NCBI GenBank assembly: GCA_965262915.1
Contig: OZ253564.1
Span: forward strand, 3,360,001-3,424,000
Direction of reading: 5' to 3'
From: Candidatus Spongiisociaceae bacterium
GTDB lineage: Bacteria > Actinomycetota > Acidimicrobiia > Spongiisociales > Spongiisociaceae
DNA: 64,000 nt
Shown here: positions 39,757-48,104 of the stretch, one piece after another
Numbering within the stretch: position 1 is the first letter of the stretch
Layout of the letters: each line of letters starts with the position of its first letter
The notes under the pieces: generated by a model
The model's input: the letters and a program-made list of their open reading frames with translations, nothing else
Told to the model about the DNA's origin: nothing
The model's database searches: none
Translations under genes and position numbers: made by a program

Positions 39757-40755
39757 GTGTCTCGGGTGCCATCGACACTTCTCGCTGCGTTCCGCTTTCT
39801 CGACTTGCGCTCCGGGTACGCATTCTTCGGCGGGCCTTGCGGGGAACGCCGCTGCCAGCGCATGCCATACCGCCATTTCACAGACAGACCACCGGCGATG
39901 AGCCACCGGATCGGCGAATCGACGCAAGGGATCTCACCCGGGTTTCCTCGATGGAGACGGTTCCCCTCGCTCTACATCGGATCTGCTCTGGTCGGTGGCG
40001 TGGTGCTCGTGTCGGTCCTCGCCCCCGTGTTCATCGGTTACGGCGCGACCGAACGCGTCGGCGAGCTTCTGGGCAGCCCGAGCCTGGCCCACCCGTTCGG
40101 CACGGACGTGAACAGCATGGACGTGATGGCCCGCACTTTCCACGCCGGCCGGTACGACCTCGGCGTCGCCACGGCCGGCGCTGTGCTGGCAATGGCCATC
40201 GGAGTTGCTATAGGCGCAACGGCGGGCTTCGCAGGAGGCATCTTCGATGAGATCATCACCCGGATCGTCGAGGGTGTCCAGGCCTTCCCGCCCCTGGTGC
40301 TCGCTCTCGGGCTCGTCGCGGCCGTAGGGACTTCGACCCCGGTGCTCATCGGAGTGATCGCGGTGGTTCAGTCGGTGTACTACGTGCGAGTCATGCGAGC
40401 CCAGGTGCTCTCCATTCGAGAACGTGACTACGTGCGCGCGGCGCGCGCAATCGGATTGCCCCCCTGGCGAATCATCGCGTGGCATATCGTTCCGAACGGA
40501 ATCGGTCCGATCATCGTGCAGGTGAGCTTGAACATAGGTGTGGCTATCCTGCTCATCTCGGCGTTGAGCTTCATCGGACTCGGCGTTCCACCTCCGGCCC
40601 CGGAATGGGGGGCGATGGTGGCGGCCGGGCTAAAGGTCACGATCACGGGCGAGTGGTGGGTGTGGGCGTTTCCGGGTGCGATGCTATTCGCGACGGTGGT
40701 CGCCTTCAACATCCTGGGAGACGGACTCCGTGACATCCTGGATCCGAGGACTTGA
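39757..40755 (+). CDS. ABC permease (DppC-like); start probably near 39898
   Basis: HPFGTD, YVRAARAIG, LSFIGLG, PEWG and GDGLRD. Confidence 0.9.
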   Translation: MSRVPSTLLAAFRFLDLRSGYAFFGGPCGERRCQRMPYRHFTDRPPAMSHRIGESTQGISPGFPRWRRFPSLYIGSALVGGVVLVSVLAPVFIGYGATERVGELLGSPSLAHPFGTDVNSMDVMARTFHAGRYDLGVATAGAVLAMAIGVAIGATAGFAGGIFDEIITRIVEGVQAFPPLVLALGLVAAVGTSTPVLIGVIAVVQSVYYVRVMRAQVLSIRERDYVRAARAIGLPPWRIIAWHIVPNGIGPIIVQVSLNIGVAILLISALSFIGLGVPPPAPEWGAMVAAGLKVTITGEWWVWAFPGAMLFATVVAFNILGDGLRDILDPRT

Positions 40756-41741
40756 TGGATTCAGGGCAGGCGCCGATCCTCAGCGTGCGTGATCTGAGAG
40801 TGAGCCTCTCGTACCGGGGTCGGGCCGGGCTACCGATCGCGGGTCTGGACCTCGAGGTTCTGCCCGGGGAGGTGGTGGGCCTTATCGGTGAGACCGGTGC
40901 AGGAAAGAGCCTCACGGCCCGGGCGATCATGATGCTACTCCCAAGAGGTGCACGCATCGTCGGGGGTGAGATCATCTTCGAGGGCCGGGACATTGTCGGA
41001 CTCGACGCCGAGCAAATGCGCCGGATACGAGGCAGCCGGATCGGGATGGTCTTCCAGAACCCCCGTGAGAGCCTGGTCCCCGTCCACACGATCGAGCGAC
41101 AGCTTGAGCTGGTGTTGAAAAAACCGGCCGCGAGCGACAGAGGAACTTCGCGATCATACAACGACGGCGTTGCCGAATACCGGCGGTTGCTGGGGGCGCT
41201 CGGCCTGCACGAGCCCGAGCGAATCCTGAAGAGCTTTCCGCATCAGCTCAGCGGCGGCATGGCGCAGCGAGTGTTCTTTGCGCTGGTCCTGGCAGGGGAT
41301 CCCGACCTCCTGATAGCAGACGAACCCGCAACCGGGCTGGACGCGGCAACCCAGGCGCAGCTGATGCTCGAGTTCGAGAAGCTGATCCGCGAACTGGGAA
41401 AGACGGCGATCATCATCACACACGACTTGAGTTCGATCATCGACATCTGCGATACCCTCGCTGTGATGTACGCGGGGAGAGTGGTGGAGCGCGGTACGGT
41501 CGGCAACGTCCTGCGCCATCCGCGCCATCCGTACACGACGGGTCTGCTGGCCTCCGCCAACCTGTCGGACGACTACGGGAGCACGGAGTACATCCCGGGC
41601 ACGCCTCCCAGCCCGTTCGTACCGATCGCAGGGTGTCCGTTTCACCCACGCTGCCCCGAAGTCTTCGAAAAATGCCGGGAGATCGACCCGCAGACCACAG
41701 ATGTCGACGGCCGGTCCGTGAGGTGCCACCTCTATGACTGA
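40752..41741 (+). CDS. ABC ATPase (DppD-like)
   Basis: GETGAGKS, LSGGMAQR, ADEP, HPYT and the C-terminal Cys cluster. Confidence 0.93.
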   Translation: MMDSGQAPILSVRDLRVSLSYRGRAGLPIAGLDLEVLPGEVVGLIGETGAGKSLTARAIMMLLPRGARIVGGEIIFEGRDIVGLDAEQMRRIRGSRIGMVFQNPRESLVPVHTIERQLELVLKKPAASDRGTSRSYNDGVAEYRRLLGALGLHEPERILKSFPHQLSGGMAQRVFFALVLAGDPDLLIADEPATGLDAATQAQLMLEFEKLIRELGKTAIIITHDLSSIIDICDTLAVMYAGRVVERGTVGNVLRHPRHPYTTGLLASANLSDDYGSTEYIPGTPPSPFVPIAGCPFHPRCPEVFEKCREIDPQTTDVDGRSVRCHLYD

Positions 41742-42750
41742 ACTCCTCAGCATCGAAGGACTGAGCAAGACGTTTGCCGGCGCGGGAACCTTCTGGGCTA
41801 AGGGTGGAGAGATCCCTGCAGTACGGAATGTTTCGCTCACGCTTTCTCATGGCGAGGTCTTGGCGATCGTGGGTGAGAGCGGCAGCGGCAAGACCACCCT
41901 GGGCCTTTGTGTCATGCGGCTCATTTCGCCGTCCTCCGGTGTGATCCGGTTCGAAGGGATCGACACCCTTGCGCTACGCGGTAGAGCACTGCGTGATTTC
42001 AGGCGTAGCGCTCAGATGGTGTTCCAGAACCCGCAGGCTTCACTCAACCCGCGCATGCGCGTCGCCTCGATCATCGGTGAGCCGGTGAAGTTCCATGATG
42101 GGCTGGAAGACAACGCTCTGAAGAACCGGGTTGTCGAATTGATGCACTCTGTCGGTCTGGACGAGGCGGAGGCGAAGAAGTATCCGCATGAGCTGAGCGG
42201 CGGGCAGCAGCAGCGCGTCTCCATTGCACGCGCCCTGGCCACGAGGCCGCGCCTCCTGGTCCTGGATGAACCGACATCCGCGCTCGACGCTTCCGTCCAA
42301 GGGCAGATCATCGCACTTCTCAACGAATTGAGGGAACGTCACGGCCTCGGCTACCTCCTCATCTCACACGACCTCCGTCTGGTGCGCGGGAACTCCGACC
42401 GGACGGCGGTCATGTATCAAGGAAAGTTCACCGAGGTGGGTCCCACAGAGCAGATGTTCCGGAAGCCGATGCACCCCTACATGCGCCTACTCCGCCATAC
42501 CATGCCCTCGGCTGCCGGATCACGACTCCGCCGAATCGCATCCGAGTACCTTGTCAAGGAGGCAGAGCCGGTGTCTGTGGGGTGTGTATTCCGGGGTCGC
42601 TGCCCGACGGCTCGGCCGCGATGTGCCGACCCCCAGGTGCTGGACCCGAGCCTCGCGCACGCAGCAGCGTGCTGGCGGGCCGGGACCCCCGACTTCGAGG
42701 GCGAATGGCGCCTATTGATGAATCCGGTCAGCAACGTCCGAGCCGAGTGA
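41734..42750 (+). CDS. ABC ATPase (DppF-like)
   Basis: GESGSGKT, LSGGQQQR and LDEPTSALD. Confidence 0.93.
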   Translation: MTELLSIEGLSKTFAGAGTFWAKGGEIPAVRNVSLTLSHGEVLAIVGESGSGKTTLGLCVMRLISPSSGVIRFEGIDTLALRGRALRDFRRSAQMVFQNPQASLNPRMRVASIIGEPVKFHDGLEDNALKNRVVELMHSVGLDEAEAKKYPHELSGGQQQRVSIARALATRPRLLVLDEPTSALDASVQGQIIALLNELRERHGLGYLLISHDLRLVRGNSDRTAVMYQGKFTEVGPTEQMFRKPMHPYMRLLRHTMPSAAGSRLRRIASEYLVKEAEPVSVGCVFRGRCPTARPRCADPQVLDPSLAHAAACWRAGTPDFEGEWRLLMNPVSNVRAE

Positions 42751-42770
42751 CACCGAAGGAGGAGTAGCCC

Positions 42771-43127
42771 GTGGAGGGATTCGCGATCGTTACGCCCATC
42801 ACCACAGAGGAATACGAGGATATGCCGCTCGAAGGCCATATCGTGTCAGGCGACCCGAAGGCCAAGATCCACTGGATCCGTAGAGAAGGCTCCGGTGTGG
42901 GCATGTTGCAAACCGGCCTCTTCATCGCTCAGCCCTCGGTCTGCCGTTGGGTGTTCGAGGGTGACGAGACGATCTACGTCATCGAGGGCGAGGTTCGCAT
43001 AGATTTCGTCGAGTCCGGCGAGAGCGTCGAGCTCATCGCCGGCGATATCGCGTCCTTCCCGAAGGGGGTGGATGCGATCTGGACGTTTAGGAAGCAGTTC
43101 AAGGAATTCTTCGTGCTCAGCGGTTGA
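42771..43127 (+). CDS. Small cupin (DUF861/EutQ-like)
   Basis: DETIYVIEGEV..LIAGDIASFPKG..W pattern; GGAGGAG RBS. Confidence 0.85.
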   Translation: MEGFAIVTPITTEEYEDMPLEGHIVSGDPKAKIHWIRREGSGVGMLQTGLFIAQPSVCRWVFEGDETIYVIEGEVRIDFVESGESVELIAGDIASFPKGVDAIWTFRKQFKEFFVLSG

Positions 43128-43196
43128 GCACGGGCCGCGTCCGGACGCACCGATCTTCGGTGTCCGCGACCGGCGAGTGAGAGAGGAAGGACGCTC

Positions 43197-44270
43197 ATGC
43201 AAGGACAGGCAATGACCGTGCTCGGTCCGGTTTCGCCCGAGGACCTGGGACCGACGGTGACACACGAGCACCTCCTGGTCGATCTGACGTGTTACTGGAA
43301 ACGGCCGGATGATCCGAGCCGCGCAGCCCTGGCGGAGGCGCCTTTCGAGATGAGCATGATCGGGATCGTCAAGCGGGATCCGTTCTTTTCTCTCGACAAC
43401 AACCGGCTCACCGATGTAGCCGCCGCCGCCGAAGAAGCGCTGGAGTTCAAGAAGCTGGGCGGGGGCACCATCGTCGATGTCACACTGGCCGATATCGGTC
43501 GGGATCCGCTCGCCCTGCAGACCATCGCCAGATCGACAGGGCTCAACATCGTTGCCGGAAGCGGTCATTACGTCCACCTGGCGCACCCCCCCGGCTTGGA
43601 CGACGAGCCAACCGACCAGATCGCGCAGCGAATCATCGAGGAGCTCACCGAGGGCATCGGCGCTACCGGGGTACGAGCCGGCGTGATCGGAGAGATCGGC
43701 ACCAGCGCCCCGCTCCACCCACGTGAAGACAAGGTCCTTCGAGCTGCTGCCCGGGCACAGCAAGCGACCGGCTACCCGATATCGGTCCACGTTGCCCCGT
43801 CGGCGCGGCAAGGCCACGACGTGCTGGACATTCTCGAGCGGGAGGGCACCGATCTCGGGCGCGTGGTGATGGGGCATCTCGACCTCACCCTGGGTCACAT
43901 CGACGCCGAGTTCGAGGAAATCGTGGGATACCACTCCTCGCTCGCCGAGCGCGGCTGCTACATCCAATACGACACATGCGGCGTCGAACTCTACGTACCG
44001 TCGGGTGGCCTCGGGCCGCCCTTCTGGCTTCCGTCCGACCTCACCCGGCTGCGGGCCATCGCCCGGCTGCTGGAGATGGGCCACGGCGATCGGCTGCTCC
44101 TCAGCCAGGACGTTTGCACAAAGAAGGACCTGGTCCGCTACGGGGGCTTCGGGTACGGTCACATCTTGCGTCACTTCGTCTACAACCTCGAGGATGTGGG
44201 AGTCACGCGGGCGGAGATCGACCGAATGCTCATCGACAACCCGAAACGCATGCTGGCACGGCTCGGGTGA
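43197..44270 (+). CDS. Phosphotriesterase-related amidohydrolase
   Basis: THEHL, GGGTIVD, IGEIG, SVH, GHLD and LSQD supply a full binuclear metal ligand set. Confidence 0.92.
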   Translation: MQGQAMTVLGPVSPEDLGPTVTHEHLLVDLTCYWKRPDDPSRAALAEAPFEMSMIGIVKRDPFFSLDNNRLTDVAAAAEEALEFKKLGGGTIVDVTLADIGRDPLALQTIARSTGLNIVAGSGHYVHLAHPPGLDDEPTDQIAQRIIEELTEGIGATGVRAGVIGEIGTSAPLHPREDKVLRAAARAQQATGYPISVHVAPSARQGHDVLDILEREGTDLGRVVMGHLDLTLGHIDAEFEEIVGYHSSLAERGCYIQYDTCGVELYVPSGGLGPPFWLPSDLTRLRAIARLLEMGHGDRLLLSQDVCTKKDLVRYGGFGYGHILRHFVYNLEDVGVTRAEIDRMLIDNPKRMLARLG

Positions 44271-44297
44271 CCTAGCGATGCGTGATCGGCGGGTGCC

Positions 44298-44411
44298 CTA
44301 ATCCGACTTGAAGTTCCTCCTACGCACAGACCAGACACCAAGTAACATGACCGCGAAGACAACGGCCATGAAGATCCCCAGCAGGATCCAGTACACCACC
44401 GCAACCGTCAC
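44298..44411 (-). CDS. 37-aa single-TM peptide, copy 1 (MTVAVVYWILLGIFMAVVFAVMLLGVWSVRRRNFKSD)
   Basis: Hand-translated; GAGGA before the GTG; hydrophobic helix plus basic tail; paralog at 45257-45364. Confidence 0.7.
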   Translation of the reverse strand: MTVAVVYWILLGIFMAVVFAVMLLGVWSVRRRNFKSD

Positions 44412-44737
44412 GAGCCCGTCCTCACGTCAACCAACGCAGTTCGTCATTGACAGAGGGAGAGAGGCCGGTTACTGCAACTGTCGGCGGGCGGTGATCATCT
44501 TCGGGTCTGGCCGGGGGTCGTCGCCGCCCGCACCGTGACCAGGGCTACAGGGCTGTCAGCAGTCCCCCACCGGTACGGAGCCCGGCGCGCTCGGACGAGA
44601 TCCGATCCACAGGTGGTGGCGGCGGGGGATGGGCCCGAGCCGTAGGCCCGTTCCGGGCAGGTTTTCGCGACCTCGGTCGTGGCAGGTGGCTGGAGAAGCC
44701 CGTCAGGCGGGCAGATCGGGGCTGATCACCTCGGCGG

Positions 44738-44959
44738 TCACGCTCTCCACCTTCCAGGCCTCCCTCGCATGGAGAACTGCCACCAGCTGTTCTCGTAGTT
44801 CTGCTCCACGAAGCGCACGAAGGCGTCGGGGGCGTTCCGCACCACCAGTTCGGTGTCGTCGTTCTTCAACTCCAGCAGGTCTTCCAGCGGTTTACTCGGG
44901 TATTCGAGACCCGGGATGCGGAAGCCGTTGATCCGCACGATCTTTATCTTCCTACCCAT
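44738..44959 (-). CDS. 73-aa hypothetical protein
   Basis: GGGAGGG RBS before the ATG; GC3-rich codons; no recognisable motif. Confidence 0.55.
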   Translation of the reverse strand: MGRKIKIVRINGFRIPGLEYPSKPLEDLLELKNDDTELVVRNAPDAFVRFVEQNYENSWWQFSMRGRPGRWRA

Positions 44960-45256
44960 ATTGCCCTCCCCCGGTAGGTCTTCGGCACGTCACCGTAGCC
45001 CCAACCAGGCGATTCCAGGCACAGTCGGTGAAAACACACGTCGACCATCACGGACCAGTAGACCTGTACAGCAGGAAGCCGCTGTGATAGCGGATCGGTT
45101 CGAAGCGCCGTACCGCCTTTAGCAGACCGTTGTCGAGCGGCCCCCGGGCCCCTTCTCGGTGTCGGCTTCCGGATGGATGGACCACGGTCCGGACCGCCGA
45201 GCCGCGAAACGCCCGCCTCGTTGTGAACGCTCCGCCTTCGATCGGCAATCAGCGCC

Positions 45257-45364
45257 TCACTTGCCGCGCCATTTTTGGATAATTGACCATGCGCCCAGCA
45301 AAATGACCGCGCACATAACCGCTATAAACAGCACCATCAGGATCGTCAACACCCATGCGATCAC
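45257..45364 (-). CDS. 35-aa single-TM peptide, copy 2 (MIAWVLTILMVLFIAVMCAVILLGAWSIIQKWRGK)
   Basis: Hand-translated; GGAGG upstream; shares AVxxAVxLLGxWS and the basic tail with copy 1. Confidence 0.7.
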   Translation of the reverse strand: MIAWVLTILMVLFIAVMCAVILLGAWSIIQKWRGK

Positions 45365-45645
45365 AGTCCGGTCCCCTCCCCGACCAACCCGGGATGGCCT
45401 CGAGCGAGAGCAGCCAGCCAGGCTGCACTCCAGTAGTGGGAAACGTCGAACACGAGGCGGACCTTACTTCGCTGTGCTTGGCCCAGCGATACGCGATCCA
45501 TATCATCCGTCGTTGACGTGAGCCTGGCCTTCATCCAGGCAACTATCGCGGGGGCGGGATCTATTCATCCAGTCGGCGTTAGTCAAGGTGAACATACAAG
45601 TCCCATATTCTCCTACAGGGCGGGACCACCAGCGAGGAGGACTCA

Positions 45646-46180
45646 ATGAAACGGTACGAGGTGACGCCGCTGCCGGGGTACAACCTCGTGATCGGACGCT
45701 GGCTGTGGGCCATGCAGCAAACGTGGAAGCGAAGGTTGCGCCTGGTCAAGGACTTGGACCAGGACCTCCTCGATTGGGAGGGGCCGGATGGTCGGGAGAA
45801 CGCAATCGGAACCCTCCTCTACCACATCGCCGGGGTCGAAATGGGATGGCTCTGGTGGGAGTTGAAGGGTCACTCTGGAATGCCGCCGGAGATAGAAGAG
45901 GACTTCCCATCCGAAGCGGCCGACCCGGAGACAGGATGGCTCACACGTGTACGGGGCATCCCGCTCGCCGAACACGTCCGCCGCCTGGAGAGGAACCGGG
46001 AAGTGTTCCTGGCTGAAGTCAAGAGCCTCTCCCTGAGCGACTGGCGAACCCCGCGACTGGACCGGAGCACGGAGCCTACGAGGCCACTCCGGAGTGGATG
46101 CTGTTTCACCTCATCGCACACGAGGCTGAACACAACGAGCAGATCTCCTCGCTCAAGAGTAGGAAACCAACGGGCTGTTG
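45646..46180 (+). pseudogene. DinB/YfiT-family protein, frameshifted at ~46062
   Basis: NAIGTLLYHIAGVE..W, with the true C-terminus ATPEWMLFHLIAHEAEHNEQI in another frame. Confidence 0.8.
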
Positions 46181-46334
46181 AGCTGGGACTCGGAGTGGTG
46201 GTCGTCACTCAGGTGCCCGCAGTCTCGCAGAAACCGAGGTAGGCAGACTCGTGTAGCGGCGGGAAGTCGTATTGGGGAACCCGTGATGGCTCTTCCGTAA
46301 CCCTCGGAAACGAGCTGCTCGCGACCATGATCGA

Positions 46335-46444
46335 TGGCCGAAGAGGACGGCCGTGAAGATCCCCACCAGGACCGGAACACCACCGCCCCGAACCAGGCCT
46401 CACGTCAACCAACCCGGCTCGGCGCTGACCGAGGGAGAGGCTGG
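46335..46444 (-). pseudogene. Decayed third copy of the small-TM-peptide gene plus leader
   Basis: Aligns at DNA level with 44365-44470 (GAAGATCCCCA.CAGGA, CCTCACGTCAACCAAC, GAGGGAGAG); frame broken; MITE copy E sits at its 5' end. Confidence 0.65.
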
Positions 46445-46448
46445 CTAG

Positions 46449-46547
46449 GAGGGTGGTCCAAAACGGTAGGGAGCAGCGGCCCGTCTTCCTCTGAACAGGC
46501 ATTATGTCATCGGTCGACGGGCCGTGAAGGGGTTTCACACCACCCTC
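46449..46547. mobile_element. MITE-like element, copy E
   Basis: GAGGGTGG ... CCACCCTC with perfect CTAG on both sides; interior nearly identical to copy C. Confidence 0.85.
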
Positions 46548-46634
46548 CTAGAACCCCGATAGGTCGAGTGAGCATGTCCGAACTCGATTGTCAACCGAAG
46601 TTGCGCGAGCACCGATCACAGGCACTCCGGCCGG

Positions 46635-47873
46635 CTATCCGGAAAGAGCACTCCGCAGCCTTGGAACAGAGACCACCAGAAGGACAATGAGCAGCATGGG
46701 ACCTGCCGCCACCAGATTGAGCAGGCTGTACCCGATCCCGCTCATCAGCATTCCCGCTCCCACGCTGCCGATCATCACCATCGTCCAGATCGCCGAGTCC
46801 GCCCATCCCTCCACCACTTGACGGACATCGGCAGGCGCCGCCGCGAACAACATGGAGCTGCCGGCCACGAAACAAAAACTCCATCCCAGTCCCAGCGTGA
46901 ACAGACCAACCGCCAAGGCAAGATAGCCGTCAGCGGGGGCCGTTCCCGACAGGAGCAGCGCCACCAGGGTCACACCCATCCCCATCCCTACCATCGGCAG
47001 ATGGCCCAACCGGTCCACCAGCTTCCCCACCAGGGGGGCAAATGCGAACATGCCCACCGCATGTACCGAAATCACAAGTCCCACTATGTTCAACTCATAC
47101 CCTGCATCCTCGATACGGAGGGGCGTGGTGGTCATCACCAGTACCATTGCCCCTTGCGCGGTCAGCAACGCCAATATGGCGAGCTGGACCTCAGAAAGGC
47201 GCAGCGCGGCGCCGACTGAGCCTCTCATCGCCGGTCTGGATAGGGCAGCCACCGCCACCTGGGAAGGGTCGGGGCGAAGCGCCGCCCAGAAGGTCAACCA
47301 GGAGAGAAGAAAGGCGACCACAGCCAGTAGAAAGGCGCCGCCGTAGGGCGTACCCAGCCGTTCTTCCACCAGCCCGCCCACCCCGTCCACCAAATTGGCC
47401 CCCACCAGAGAACCGACAGTTCCCGCCCAGACCAGCATCCCCACCGCCCATCCTCGTCTCCGCTCGTCGACCAACTCGGCGGCCGCGAACCGGGCCAGAT
47501 GGATGGCGCCGATCCCCCCACCAACGAACACCGCTCCGCCCACCAGAAGCCAGTACCAACCGAGCACCACTCCCAAGAGTTCTGCCGTTGCCCCGAAGGC
47601 GGACAGCGGCGGGCCCAACAACATGATGAACCTTCGTCCATAGCGAGCGCTCAGCCTCCCGAACAGGTTGGTGCCCACTGCCTGGCCGAAAGCGCCGGCG
47701 GCGAGCGGAAGGCCGGCGATCATGGTGGACCCGCTCAGCGAACGTGCCGCTATCGTCGCCACGGTGAGCGTAGCCACGAACGCGACCCACCCTAGAGCCG
47801 AACCGGCGAACAGCACATACACCAAACGGCGACGAAGGATGGAGAGATCGGGTTGGGTAACCTGACGCGTCAC
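46635..47873 (-). CDS. MFS transporter
   Basis: About 12 TM helices; RYGRR, ARFAAAE, HAVGMFAFAP and GKLVDRLG. Confidence 0.9.
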   Translation of the reverse strand: MTRQVTQPDLSILRRRLVYVLFAGSALGWVAFVATLTVATIAARSLSGSTMIAGLPLAAGAFGQAVGTNLFGRLSARYGRRFIMLLGPPLSAFGATAELLGVVLGWYWLLVGGAVFVGGGIGAIHLARFAAAELVDERRRGWAVGMLVWAGTVGSLVGANLVDGVGGLVEERLGTPYGGAFLLAVVAFLLSWLTFWAALRPDPSQVAVAALSRPAMRGSVGAALRLSEVQLAILALLTAQGAMVLVMTTTPLRIEDAGYELNIVGLVISVHAVGMFAFAPLVGKLVDRLGHLPMVGMGMGVTLVALLLSGTAPADGYLALAVGLFTLGLGWSFCFVAGSSMLFAAAPADVRQVVEGWADSAIWTMVMIGSVGAGMLMSGIGYSLLNLVAAGPMLLIVLLVVSVPRLRSALSG

Positions 47874-48075
47874 TCCTCTTGATTGTATTAGCCACGCCGC
47901 CCGCCGAACCGTGGCAACTCCTTCGGTCGTCAGCGAGGCGTACCTGCCGGGTCTCAGCGATGCTGGACCGGAAGGTTCGGGGTGGTGATTCGTTCCCCAC
48001 CCTCCGGCAGGCAGGCAGCCCGTAGTGAGATCTTCTCGTTATTACATATGATCTAGCGATACGTAGGGGTTAACT

Positions 48076-48098
48076 TTGTCACAGTGCCATGGTACAAA
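48076..48098 (+). promoter_or_regulatory. Possible PafBC/RecA-NDp-type promoter for a leaderless HNH mRNA
   Basis: TTGTCA-CAG-N8-TACAAA versus consensus tTGTCR-gtg-N8-TAnnnT; ATG 6 nt downstream and no SD. Confidence 0.4.
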
Positions 48099-48104
48099 TA
48101 GATC

